From assembly GCA_051294905.1 (NCBI GenBank), contig CM119372.1, positions 19,284,001 through 19,344,000 on the forward strand: a stretch of 60,000 bases of DNA, read 5' to 3'. Of this stretch, positions 12,801-24,138 are shown in pieces. Each line of letters starts with the position of its first letter. Positions within the stretch are counted from its first letter, which is position 1. A model generated the notes under the pieces. The model was not told where the DNA came from. It was given only the letters and a program-made list of their open reading frames with translations, and did no database searches. The DNA comes from Botryllus schlosseri. Its lineage: Eukaryota. The position numbers and the translations under genes are program-made.

Positions 12801-15800
12801 GATGAAAAACTGCAGTTGAGCATGTGAGATTTGACCATATGATTTCATAACCACAAAGCTAACCATAACACTAGCCCCAAAACTAACCCTGACCCAATGG
12901 TTCCTAAACTTTTGCGACTCATCACCCCTTTATCAAGCTTGATATCTTGAACGCCGCCAGAAATACTTGTCATCAGTATTTCTAGTTTCACGTATTTCTA
13001 GTTCTTTGTAGTTCTCAAACAGGGTTGATCTTACTCAGTTAGTTTCGTTTGTACACAACTTTCACTTCATCAGTTTTTTCATGCTAAAATACTCATTTTG
13101 CACATGTAATGTTGTCAAGTGAAAATTAATTTTTGGATGAACTTCAATAACGCGTTGCTACAAAGTTAAGACAATTTGTAAACAAGTATAACTGGTGTTA
13201 TGTGGAGCAAATTTCCCCGATTTGATTCTTTTCGCCTCTTGTGGGATAGGAGGAGTGACAAACATTGAGCCGCTTTTCTATCAACATCCATCGAAAAACT
13301 GTACTTAGCAAGACACCAAGCAGTTAATGAAACATAATTGACTGAATGATTCAAGATTTTCTCCCCGTGTCACATCTGTTGTACGTGTTCTCTCCTTCCC
13401 CCCAATTGCGCTTCATTTTTTCACCCGCTGTCTTCAAAATCGCTCACAGGTACAATATCCCCCACTTTGGGGATCACTGCCTTATCCTCAACCCTAACCC
13501 TAACTTTAACTCACATGCTGAAGTGTGACATGTCCATATGACCATTGCCTACAGATTGTTTACCAGATTCCTAATCCTGATTCCTATCAATGTTTTATCG
13601 TCAAAGAGAATAGGATCCATATTAACGACAGATACTGAATTTTGAAATGAAAGTTGGAATTGCATTCATAATTTTGATCTTCAGTTTCTGTGTCTGTCAC
13701 AAAATTTTTGCTAGCTGAATGTTGAAACTAGGTTCGACAATACCGAGCCTGTTCATTATTGATACCTCAACAGTATTATGACACTTACTCTTGCTCCTGG
13801 AACACCAGGTTCACCGGCTCTACCGACATCACCAGATGAGCCCTTTGGTCCGTGTACACCCCGTCTTCCACGATCGCCTCGCTGCCCTTTCGGTCCAGAA
13901 ACGCCGTTTTGTCCAGGGAAACCGCGGCTTCCTTGAGCTCCCTGTTATCGAAAAATCGAATTTCATTGTCATGTTCCATCTTCGGACTCAATTCATATAC
14001 TTCACCTGCAAACCCTTGGGGCCAGCCGGTCCTTGTGATCCAGGCTCTCCTGTTTGTCCCTGAAATATAGGATGTCGGTATAATGCAGGTCTACAATACC
14101 ATCATATCCAGGTATTGCGAATTCGAATCACAGTTGATATGAATCAGATAGTGAAAATTTGGCTCGAATAGAATCAAATCACAGCTTTTAGACTAATTTT
14201 AATGATCGAAATTTCCAGCGGACAGTTGGTCAATTGCAACCATATTCGAAGCAATTTGCACAATGAAAAGCTTAGAACTATTGCGTGACGAAATAACAAG
14301 TGATATGACTATTAAGTGACTGAACAGCATCACACTCAAAGCAACGGAAATATAGTATATTTTAATGCAAAAAGGTAGCTGCTGCTTCCCGATATTTACT
14401 CATCGTCTCATTCCAAATAATTGATCAACTTTGATACTTTATGATTACAATATACCGCTATACTTCGTCATTCTTGACTGCCAGTCTCTCGCACTATATT
14501 TCCGAGGATATTTTCTATCAGATGGTTTTGATCAATTGGAAAAGCATCTGTGATATTGACACCTTCATAGCCATCATTCATCTTCGGGGTAGAGACATCT
14601 AAGCAGTAATCATCATGGATCAGCATGATTCTCGAATGAGGGTGTTGAGTGCTTTTATGTGACATCGTTTCAAATTGAAAAGAAGTTAGAAATATTATTG
14701 GGAGCTGTCAATCAAAACCGTTTTCCCAAACTGTGTTTATTCCTGTTGATTCGATTTGACATGCCTGATTTGAATCATATGGTTGGGAAATTGGTTTGAT
14801 TCGGTTTCAAGCAGTGATTCGTTTTAACCATCCCAAATAGTAACTCATATACTGACCCGCTTTCCTTCTTCTCCTTGCGGACCTTGCAATCCTTGAGGGC
14901 CAGTGGATCCAAGAGAACCTTTCGGTCCTTGGTCACCTTTGTATCCGGTCATACCCGGGCTGCCCTGTGAATATTTGTATTTCTTATTAAAACGATACCA
15001 ATTAAATATTGGCAAATTCTAGAGCATTAATTTGATTCTGCAAGGCTATATATAGCATAGAAATCCATGTATGCGATATTCTTCTACAAACAATATAATT
15101 ACGTTTATGGCAGGAAGAGAACAGAGAGTGTCCATGTCATTCTTTCTGAACCTATCTATTTATCTGAAATTTTAGTAGTTCCTCTCATTATAACCCAACA
15201 AATAGAGCACAACAGTTGGCGACTTGTCATAATTCTCCTGGGGATTACTGTGGAGCGGGGAATACCCCGCTTGGCTGGTTACTCAAGTAAAACATTGTAG
15301 TAGGCCTAAACAATGTTTGAGCACTTAACGCAAACACAGCAGCATATCAAGCCTATATTGAAGTTACTTGATTTCCTTTCATTCCTGGCACGCCGATTCC
15401 ACCTTGAGGTCCCTGAAAAAGAAGAGTTCGTCCATCCATCTACTGAGAACGACCAAAAATTGCGGATTCAAACTTACAGGAAGTCCTTGAGACCCAGGAA
15501 CACCGGGAGATCCCATCATGCCAGAAGCACCCTGCAAAAACGCGAGTTTTGATTCATATCTGCCTAAACACGCTTGCTTTTTTCAGACTAACCCGTGATC
15601 CTTTGCCTCCTGCTTTGCCTGGCGTTCCGGGATTACCCTACAAAGATGTGACAGTATATGAAACAAAGAAATTTACCAGATTGATTTGACTCGCGGTCTT
15701 ACCGTAGTCCCAGTGGGACCTGGTGGCCCAGGAGTTCCGCTCTCGCCTCGTTGTCCTTGAGGTCCAGCTGGACCATCAGCCCCGCCAGGTCCTTGATCTC

Positions 15801-18800
15801 CCTTTTTGCCATGGGCACCGGGGAAACCCGGTGGGCCTTGATGACCCATCGCACCCTGTTAATTGAAACGTAACTGTGCCTTCAATCATATCTTGTAAAT
15901 CGACAGATTGACTTTGCCCACTAGGCCAGTGGCTCCCACTGGTGGGGAATTCAATGGTTTTTGGTGGGGAATAGACGCATTTGTGAAACATTATATACAG
16001 GATAGTCTACATATTTACGGAGACACATGCGCGATTAACGTTACCAGTTAACTGTTCTGGAATGTATGTATCCAAAATTATAAATTGAAAGTGTCCTCGG
16101 AAATGTCCTCTTTTTTGGGACTTTGTCCTCTTTTTCTCTTAAAAGGATTTTTATGCCCCGAAAAATGCGACTCCAACGTGGGGAACGCCAGAGTTTCGTA
16201 AAAAAATCGAGAGCCGAGTCGAAGTGATGACCTTATTTTAGTCAGCACAATACTATCAGTCGAAATTTTTTCAAAATTACCAGTTTTCTTGGAGCTTTTA
16301 GAATTTATACAAGTGTCCTCTTTTTAGGATCTCAAAATATAGTAACCCTATTCTAAAGGGTCAATAGGAGTTTTAGGTAGTGGGGAATGAAGACTCGGAA
16401 TAAATGTGAAGTGGGGAATGAAGACAAAAAGGTTGGGAACCACGGCACTAGGCTAAAACCATGTTTTTTTTCACATCAGAAGATTGATACCTACCGGCGG
16501 TCCACTCGGTCCAGTGACACCATCATTTCCAGCTTGACCCTATATATGGAACAATATGTCATGAAATGCATTAAATTGCAGTTGTTCATACGCTTCTGAC
16601 AGTTATCTATCCAATAAGCACTTACTAGACATGATATTTTCATCCCCAGATCATTTATTATGGGCTCAACGAATGATACACACAAAACTTTCCCTCGAAC
16701 TAACCTTGTCAATAATGACAAAAGCTTGTGTTCAGAATGTAACAGAACTATTGTCAGTCTGATTAAGGTCTTTTTAGCTATGAAGTAAGAATTGGATTTC
16801 AAAACAAGGACATAAAAGATTTCATAGGAAATGACAGAATTGCGATTCTGCAATTGAGCTGCTTGAACAGTTTCTTGAGAGGAATTACTTACTTTGAACA
16901 ACACTTTGGATTTCGGAAGGTAAAAAGCAGTTTAGGGATAAGTTGTATCACTTTTATGTGTGAAATCTCAATAAGTACAAAGTGAAATAGCCACCACATT
17001 AACTGCTGAATATATGTAAGAAGATTATACCTAACTGTAGCGTCATTAGTCATTTAGTTGCAAAGATGCATCTGACAATTTTGAAAGTAACCACCAGCGA
17101 TTACCTGACAAAAGTATGCGAACTCCCTACCAAATGTATTTTTCGAAACTACTTACTCTGGTACTTTCATACCTTGCAATTGCTATTTCTATATGGAATC
17201 GTTTTGACATGTCTTGAAAATATGTACCGTTACTAAGTATGTATTTACTGCGTTACTTTTACTTCTACTTCAGTAGCAATACTGACTTCTTTGACCACCT
17301 CTGAAATTGAGCTGAAATAATATTATGTTCTTACAGGAGGTCCTGGAGGTCCGCTCCGTCCCCTATCACCCGGCATGCCTCTTGGACCCTGTTTGTAGAA
17401 ATAAACTTTGTGAAGTCTAATTCTATGATCTTCGATCAATCATGCCTACCAAGTTTCCAGGTTTTCCCATTTCCCCGGCTCTTCCGGCGTCTCCCTATTG
17501 ATATACAAAATGCAAGGCGCAATGTCGACTGAGGCATGAAAATCAAAATCACAACAAGCTACCTTTTCTCCCGGTTCACCTGATTCGCCTTTTTCTCCGT
17601 CGATTCCGTTGTGGCCCTGGAGCATAGATCAAAGCTTTAGCAATAGTCACTAGAAACAATATCGTTGGTTTCCTCTACTTTTGCTTACTTTAGTGCACTA
17701 CGAACTTTAAAAGGAGCAAAGTACCACAAATATAGTTACCTTGTATAGTTTTTATATGAATCGCATCATACGATACCCAACGATTTATCTGCTGAATGAT
17801 GCACAAGGAAGAAGCATCTACTAAACTATGTCCTAATCATGGCATGCTATTATGACAGTGAGAATGCAGAAAACAAAGTTTATTGGTGATAGTGCACGTA
17901 GCCCTAAGAGCCACAATGCCTCCAGTTACGACTCTGGCAAAATTTCTAGAAGTAAGGAGTCATACGTTGTGCCCTTTTGGTCCAGGTAACCCGTTTGAGC
18001 CCGAGAACCCCCGTGGTCCCTGTAATAACAAATAACATGGCAGATTTGATGCTTTTGGGAGTCTGCATTATGTCATATACAATTGGTCCTGGGTTTCCGA
18101 TAGGTCCTGGTTTCCCTGGTTTACCGTCTTCGCCCTGATAATTCGAAAACACGTTTGCCATTGAACTCGATGAATTTTATTTAATACTCACATCAGTTCC
18201 ATCTTTGCCTGTCAGTCCAGACGGTCCAGTAGATCCAGGCGGGCCCTGTAAGAGGTTCGAAGTACTATAACATGATGGCTCAGTACAGTAGATAGCCGGA
18301 GTGAAAATGTGAGGCGTTGAAATCTAGGGTGGGGGATTTTCAACAATGACGAGGTGGTTTTGACTTAGTCAGAATAGGTGCCTTCAGAATGACCACATGC
18401 TCTCGCCCTGCTGCTTATGCCCCTGGTTCAGTAGGCTATCTTATATGAGGGTTGGAGATGGAAGCAAGCTTATTTAATTGATAAAATACAACATTGATCA
18501 GATATTTACCGCTTCAAACCCAAAATTCCTCCCAACTTTGATCTCTGCTTAAAAGCGATACAAGAACTCATAAAAAGTACATGCAAAACATGAATGGTCA
18601 TTAGGGCTGTTCAAAAAAAACTTTTTTTCCTGAATCTTGCTGATTACGTGATTAAATCGTTAGGTTGCCTTAAAAAACGACACACACCAAATTTTAATTC
18701 ATTCCAACCAATAATCGCGGATTTCGTACAGTTTGAAAATTTTGAATTTACCCAAAGATGCAAAAAAATTTTTTTGTCAAATTTTTCTGTTAACCCCATG

Positions 18801-21800
18801 AAATTGTTGCGCTGTCTTCAAAGACGATGCAAAACAAATTTGACTCAATTCCATCCCGTAGAAGCGGAGATATTTGAGTTTTTCATCGATAATTCGGGGA
18901 TTATCCTTGATTGGTGGATAATACAAGAATTATCATCGAAAAACTCAAATAACTCCGCTATTTTTGAACAGCCCTAATGGTCATATATTTATTGAACACT
19001 TACCGGTGGTCCAAGAGGTCCGGGTTCACCAACAGGTCCAGTAAAACCTTGTGGTCCTTGAGGTCCAGACGTTCCAGGTGCGCCGCGGATACCAATTGGT
19101 CCCTATTAAGATCAGAAGCGGATAATATAAAAAACATAACATAATGCTACACTCCACAAATGAAGTGTGACTAAATGCAAATACTTACAGGAGGTCCCGC
19201 CATTAGGCCACTTGGACCTTTAGATCCCGAACTTCCCTCGCCAGCAGGACCAGGTGGACCAGGCTCACCGGGAGGCCCGGCAACTCCTGGCGATCCACTT
19301 GCTCCAGCAGGTCCTTGGTCACCCTGTTAACATATGCTTGCTAATACCGTGTAATTCAATATATTACCAACATGTGCTGACAGGTTCATCATATACCAAT
19401 AGCATGTGATGCTATTCCAATGTGCAAGATGCTTTTGTCGGGTGACCGGAGGCGGTCGCATCTACTATTTCGAAGTACTCTAGTAGGCTTTGGTTACTTG
19501 CACTACTTCCTCAAGAGGCTATGATGTATACAATATACATACTTCTGCGGCACAGTTTTCAATTTTTAGGCAAAAACTAGGCCTATAAAGCCTACTTTTT
19601 TGCACACTTAGAAATAGCTACTTTTATTTGAGTACCATCATGATTACTTTGACCACCTCTACGGGTGACATAGCCATCAGCCGATACATTTGTGTGAATA
19701 CTAGCAATGGGAAATTTTTCAATCACGAATTCTGAACGCGTGTGCTTGTAATACATCGGTAATTGATCGATGATCATTGATCATGCGTCGGTTCAAGGCC
19801 ATAAAAGTGGTCATTCGTTAACATCAAATTTCAAGAACGACACTCCCAGTCCACACATGGCCACTGGCCAGTTATGATATGGCTGTTAGCCGATTTTGTG
19901 TGCAAGGGTGGAACAGCCTACTAAGCGAAGTTCTGCATTTTAACAAGTTGAATATAGAAAGCAGATTTCGAATAGGATAATACGGTTACGATGCGCAGAA
20001 TACACATTTGTCATCGTCGCGAGAGATGTACCTTCAAAATCACAGCTATTTGTAACGCCAGTAGACAGTAATATCTGAGATGTCATCTTGCATGCATCAC
20101 TTGATTTCGCCGTGCCCTGGGACTCCTTTCTCTTATTTGAACGCGCGTAGCTACGTTGTAAATTGCTATGGCCTAACTAAGCGAATCTTGAAATCGCCCT
20201 GTTTTATTGAGATTTGACATGGAAATTTACTCACTTCAAGTTATTGAAGACTCCGTGATTTCTTGAAATAAGTAATAATACCGATCCGTTCTAATGCTAG
20301 TTTTGGCTATCCAAATCTGACTGCTACAACGTCAGATGACGTTGGGGCCTGCTGTTCTGGTCAGGTCCGTCTCAAATTGCTGTCCGGCGTGTATTTCGTT
20401 GCGAGCCCAATGCTGCATTGGGCATTCTAGTATTGTATTGTATGTATTGTATTGTATGCTGTGTATCAAGCCCAGGGGTAAAATAACTGATTTCAGTCTG
20501 AGAGATTTGCTATCATAATATTCTTATCAAAGTTACACCACAGCTAATGAATGGGTCGGGGTTTTGGTTATTTGCGTGGCTCGCTGATTCACAATTGCAA
20601 TTCCGGTATGATGGGCGACAAATACCATTTACATATTGTCGACTCTATGTCTGGATAATTGTATATGCGATATAGCAATATAAGGCATTAACTCACTCGA
20701 TCTCCTTTCTGGCCAGGATTTCCAGGTAATCCCCGATCTCCGGTTTCGCCCTGCGCATATAACGGAAAGGAATAAGATAACATAATATCTCATAAAAACT
20801 CCGAAGTCCGAATTATGTAGGTCATTTCATTCAGCAAACCTAATGAGAATGAAACCGTATTCTAGCTTGATATAGGCCTATTAACGAAGTATTTATATTG
20901 CTTGTTTGCTATCAAGGTTGCGATTACTGCGGTCGCCTACACCATCAGGCATGTGTAAGATCGTTTGATTGATTCCAGTAGGCCTATCCTCGAAAGAATT
21001 GCGCATGCACAGTTGCACAATGCACACCTTGGCAGGGATTACAGGGCCTAGATATAATTATTGCAATTGGACGGGAATCTGGACTTGAACTCAGTCCGTA
21101 GCTCTTCGGCGATACGACATGTCGAACACAGCATAGCACTCGCCTAATGAATGCATCCGTAAGCGCATAAGCAATGTAGGCTATTCCTTGTACAGTACAT
21201 GTACATTTGTACAATTGTACAATATACATTGTACAATGTACATCTATATACGCTTAATAGCGTAACCCACATTTGCCTATTTTAGAAAATACACGATTAG
21301 TTTGTGAATACATAGCGTAGCGAAACTGCACAAGTGCACAGTGCTGGTGGTGACCATATCCTGCAAATTTTTCTCCCCCATTTTCCGGAGGATTTCATAT
21401 GAAGTGCAATCCGACCTCTTCAGGTAGCCAGTTACGACAGATTGATCTGCTTTTAGAATTATAAGTGACACTCCTGTTGGATCATAAAGTTCAAAGGTTC
21501 AATGGGTGACACTCGAAGTTAAGTAATTATCACGATTGTTTTCGCTGATTTGTAGTGAGGGATAGCCTAACTCAGTGGTTCTCAACCTTTTTGTCTTCGC
21601 GGACCCCTTTTGGGCCGTCATGGACACCGCGGACCCCCTCAAGTTTTCGTTCAAAATTAGCTCAATTATCGTGCAACCGTCATTTGTCTTGTGCAAATAT
21701 TAATTGTAGGCTAGTGATAAACAGCCACAAAATGACTTTTCTTTAAAATATAACCACAGTATATTTGTAAATTGGGTAGACTTATATTATTTCGAAGCCA

Positions 21801-24097
21801 ATTTTGCAGCTGTAATTATTGCCTTGGAAATGCGTGTCTTCGATTTGATATGAACGAGTGCCTAAAATACATTTCCACAAAGATAGGTGTTGGCGAATGT
21901 AATATTAACGCGTCACGCTTCCGACGACAGCTTTTGATGTGAGTTTTTAATGAACATATCACGTCCAGCGTAGTCATTTCTATCTAGCATCTCATCTTGA
22001 AGTGATTTATTTTTTATATCACAGGAGAAAATGGATTTCGTGGCGAGTTTCAATTCCTTCATTGGGGCAGATTAGGAAAAAATTCAGGAATTTTAATTCC
22101 AAACGACTGCTTACTAATTTAATGAGACTGACAACTCCAAATCCAAAATGTTTTGCAAACATTTCGAATTCACCCTGTTTGACCTTGCTGTACCCAGCAT
22201 TTCATTTTTCACAAACCCCAACAAAACATCTCTGAGCAGGAATATGTTTGCATTGTTGGGCTATTGACAATTTGGAAATTAAAATGAGTATGTACGGTCG
22301 GAAATTTCATCTCAGACAGCCATTTCATTGATATGAGCCCTAAAGTTTTAGCAATTTTGAAGCGAAACTGTTTATTGCTTTCCCTAATTAAAAATAAAAA
22401 CTTAGTTTAACAATGCTTTTACAGGTTTAGAGGTTTCGCGGACCCCCTGAAAATGCTTCGCGGACTCCCGGTTGAGAACCACTGGACTAACTGTTGCGGC
22501 GTTATCAAACAGATAATCCTAACGGTTTCTGTCATAACGATATCGCTAACCTTTTGACCAGGGTCTCCTGTAATCGCGCTGGCATCCAGACCTTCGATCG
22601 ATCCGGGCTCTCCCTTTTCTCCCTAAAATATCATTTATTGCATATTTCGAAGCATTTGGTGGCAATCTTGAGGCAAAGTGATGTGAATACGCGCCACGAA
22701 CTTACTTTTTGTCCTGAAAAACAAGAAAGATTGTTATTAGCACGATCATGTCTTCGTTATCGCAAAGCCGAGGGATTGATTATGTTTTTTCTCATTCGCA
22801 TTACCTATCGCCCACATGAAGCGCGAAAGCGAGGCCGATCGCTCTTAGACGTTCTAAACATCTTTACCTTCGCGAATAGGTGGGCATTTCAGGCAACACT
22901 GCCCATCTGGAACGAACGCGTTTTCGCAGGCAACGTTTTCGCACTGAATGTCATCGCAGATGAGAGACGCGTTGACGCAAGCGCATACCCGACATGGATT
23001 AGGTCGGAACACCTCTCCGTTCGCAAATATGGCGCCGTTGTGTTTGCATGAAAACTCTTCTGCGGAACCTAAAGTCGTCAATTCATGTTTTGCCAATCTC
23101 ATCGCGTCAACCATTTCATTCCAAAGACTACTACAAATCGTTTCGGCACCTTCCTATCTTTTCATTGTATCGCAATTTTTGCGGTGCATTGAACTGATAA
23201 AAATTGCTCATAAACCGAACCACCGAGAAACTAATGCAGTGTTCCAATTCTGGTGCGATACCAGATGTTGGAGAACTACTTTCGCGAAACGTTGGCTCGG
23301 AAGAACCCACGCTGTCACACCGAGACGAATCTTGTGCCGTTGCCTGCAGCTCATTTTAGCGCCTCCGTTCACGATGAAACATTGAGCGATATCGCCTAAC
23401 CTCAGCCGCGTCGCATTGCACATGGTATTTATGACAGAACGGGCGTATGATCCACATAACCGACACGAAATTACCCTAACACGCCAACTGCTGATCCGTA
23501 TTTTAGCCGTAAATAACGGACCTGTAGTAAGAGGCTAGAACTATAAGCCTTAAAATCCATTATTACTCCGCATATGAGCTTCTTTTATGAATTTATCACA
23601 CTGCGAATCCGTGCAAATATGTAACAGTAACTCAATTCTCATTACAAAACGTTAATAAAATGACAAGACTACGAAGTTATTACCTGAAGGTGAAACGAAA
23701 ATACCTCCACGGGAATACTGGGAACATATTGACAACAAGAAACTGCTATTTATTACCGAACATGAACAGTTGAACACTAAACACACAACACCTCGTCGAA
23801 TGCTCCGGTGAGCCTCGTAAGTATGCAAGTGCAAGGGAAGAAAGTTACCGAAATACACGATACTTTAGTGCTATACGTTCCAAGCAGAATGGATCATCTG
23901 ATATTTTATGACATTATTGGTCTGTTCTTTTGTGGAATAGAACTTTTCTATTTGGTAACTTTGAGAGGAAAATTGAGTCCACTCTAGCGACGCTTCTCGA
24001 AGTGGAAATGCAAAACAGAACGCTTACCTTGCGCGGCGATTCCGCAAATCAGGAGACTCAAAGTCACCGCAAATACGTGCCACTGACGTCCGTCCAT
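593..24097 (-). CDS. Clade-A fibrillar procollagen alpha chain (COL1A1/COL2A1-type: signal peptide, vWC, minor helix, 1014-aa Gly-X-Y helix, COLFI). 43 coding exons in window; terminal COLFI exon lies beyond the left edge.
   Basis: Exons read with GT-AG boundaries, in 5'->3' order: 24028-24097, 22868-23068, 22706-22713, 22551-22622, 20697-20750, 19189-19323, 19004-19102, 18192-18245, 18081-18134, 17966-18019, 17563-17616, 17450-17494, 17335-17388, 16495-16539, 15703-15855, 15593-15637, 15478-15531, 15368-15412, 14857-14964, 14006-14059, 13789-13941, 12670-12723, 12511-12609, 12345-12452, 9641-9748, 9441-9584, 8206-8637, 7694-7747, 7473-7626, 6594-6655, 6318-6533, 5522-5575, 5355-5462, 5240-5293, 5122-5175, 4288-4341, 4167-4220, 4000-4107, 3888-3935, 3723-3827, 3480-3618, 2443-2620, 593-833. 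Major-helix sequence sums to 3042 nt = 338 triplets, the canonical fibrillar length. Phases join in frame. Confidence 0.96.
2671..2973. mobile_element. Non-autonomous hAT MITE nested in another hAT-derived repeat
   Basis: TIRs ctgtggttctcaaac / gtttgagaaacactg; 8-bp TSD ttctactg/ttctaccg; same family as 10168-12075. Confidence 0.8.
8206..8637 (-). CDS. Collagen 432-bp triple-helix exon (48 Gly-X-Y triplets)
   Basis: Uninterrupted GAQGDAGKE...GGPGPQ inside ORF 8071..8664; cag| acceptor and |gtgtg donor. Confidence 0.95.
8948..8995. repeat. Direct tandem duplication, 24 bp x2
   Basis: gaagaaactgtcttacgaatgaca repeated twice. Confidence 0.9.
10200..11798 (-). mobile_element. Non-autonomous hAT element with (AATTAC)n subterminal repeats and a BED zinc-finger relic, nest level 3
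   Basis: TIR cagagttggatcaatt; TSD tcgcgtac/ttgcgtac; relic [30 protein letters not shown] (10826-11014); sister copy at 38211-40250. Confidence 0.82.
11077..11383. mobile_element. hAT (Charlie/Buster-type) MITE, nest level 4
   Basis: cactggttctc / gagaaccactg; perfect TSD gtttagcc. Confidence 0.85.
15927..16445. mobile_element. hAT MITE containing a fragment of a TGTCCTC-repeat (Blackjack-like) element
   Basis: cagtggctccca / tgggaaccacgg; perfect TSD cactaggc. Confidence 0.78.
18602..18976. mobile_element. MITE with 8-bp TSD (hAT-type)
   Basis: TIR tagggctgttcaaaaa / tttttgaacagcccta; perfect TSD atggtcat. Confidence 0.88.
21573..22484. mobile_element. hAT (Charlie/Buster-type) non-autonomous element
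   Basis: TIR cagtggttctcaacc / ggttgagaaccactg; gcggacccc subterminal motifs; TSD gcctaact/gactaact. Confidence 0.85.
22868..23068 (-). CDS. Collagen exon 2, von Willebrand factor type C (chordin-like) N-propeptide
   Basis: [57 protein letters not shown] has the 10-Cys vWC pattern; tag| acceptor and |gtaaa donor. Confidence 0.93.
24028..24097 (-). CDS. Collagen exon 1, signal peptide [23 protein letters not shown]
   Basis: ATG at 24095-24097, hydrophobic core, phase-1 donor G|gtaag matching the phase-1 acceptor of the vWC exon. Confidence 0.88.
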
Positions 24098-24138
24098 CTT
24101 GGTAGGGCTATACATAACATGTATAAACCTTCGGACGT
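24086..24138 (-). promoter_or_regulatory. Predicted RNA stem-loop enclosing the collagen start codon (collagen 5' stem-loop-like)
   Basis: mRNA sense ACGUCCG-aa-GGuUUAUACAU-guu-AUGUAUAGCC-cuaccaagAUGga-CGGACGU gives a 7-bp bottom stem, an internal loop and a ~10-bp top stem. Confidence 0.55.

Noticed and set aside
13488..13510. Telomere-like (CCCTAA)n
   Set aside because: Only about two units; more likely a remnant of a dispersed repeat.
22805..22853. Extra 49-bp exon in collagen intron 2 (tag|...|gtaa)
   Set aside because: The upstream intron would be only ~14 nt and the length would break frame; the 8-nt micro-exon alone restores frame.
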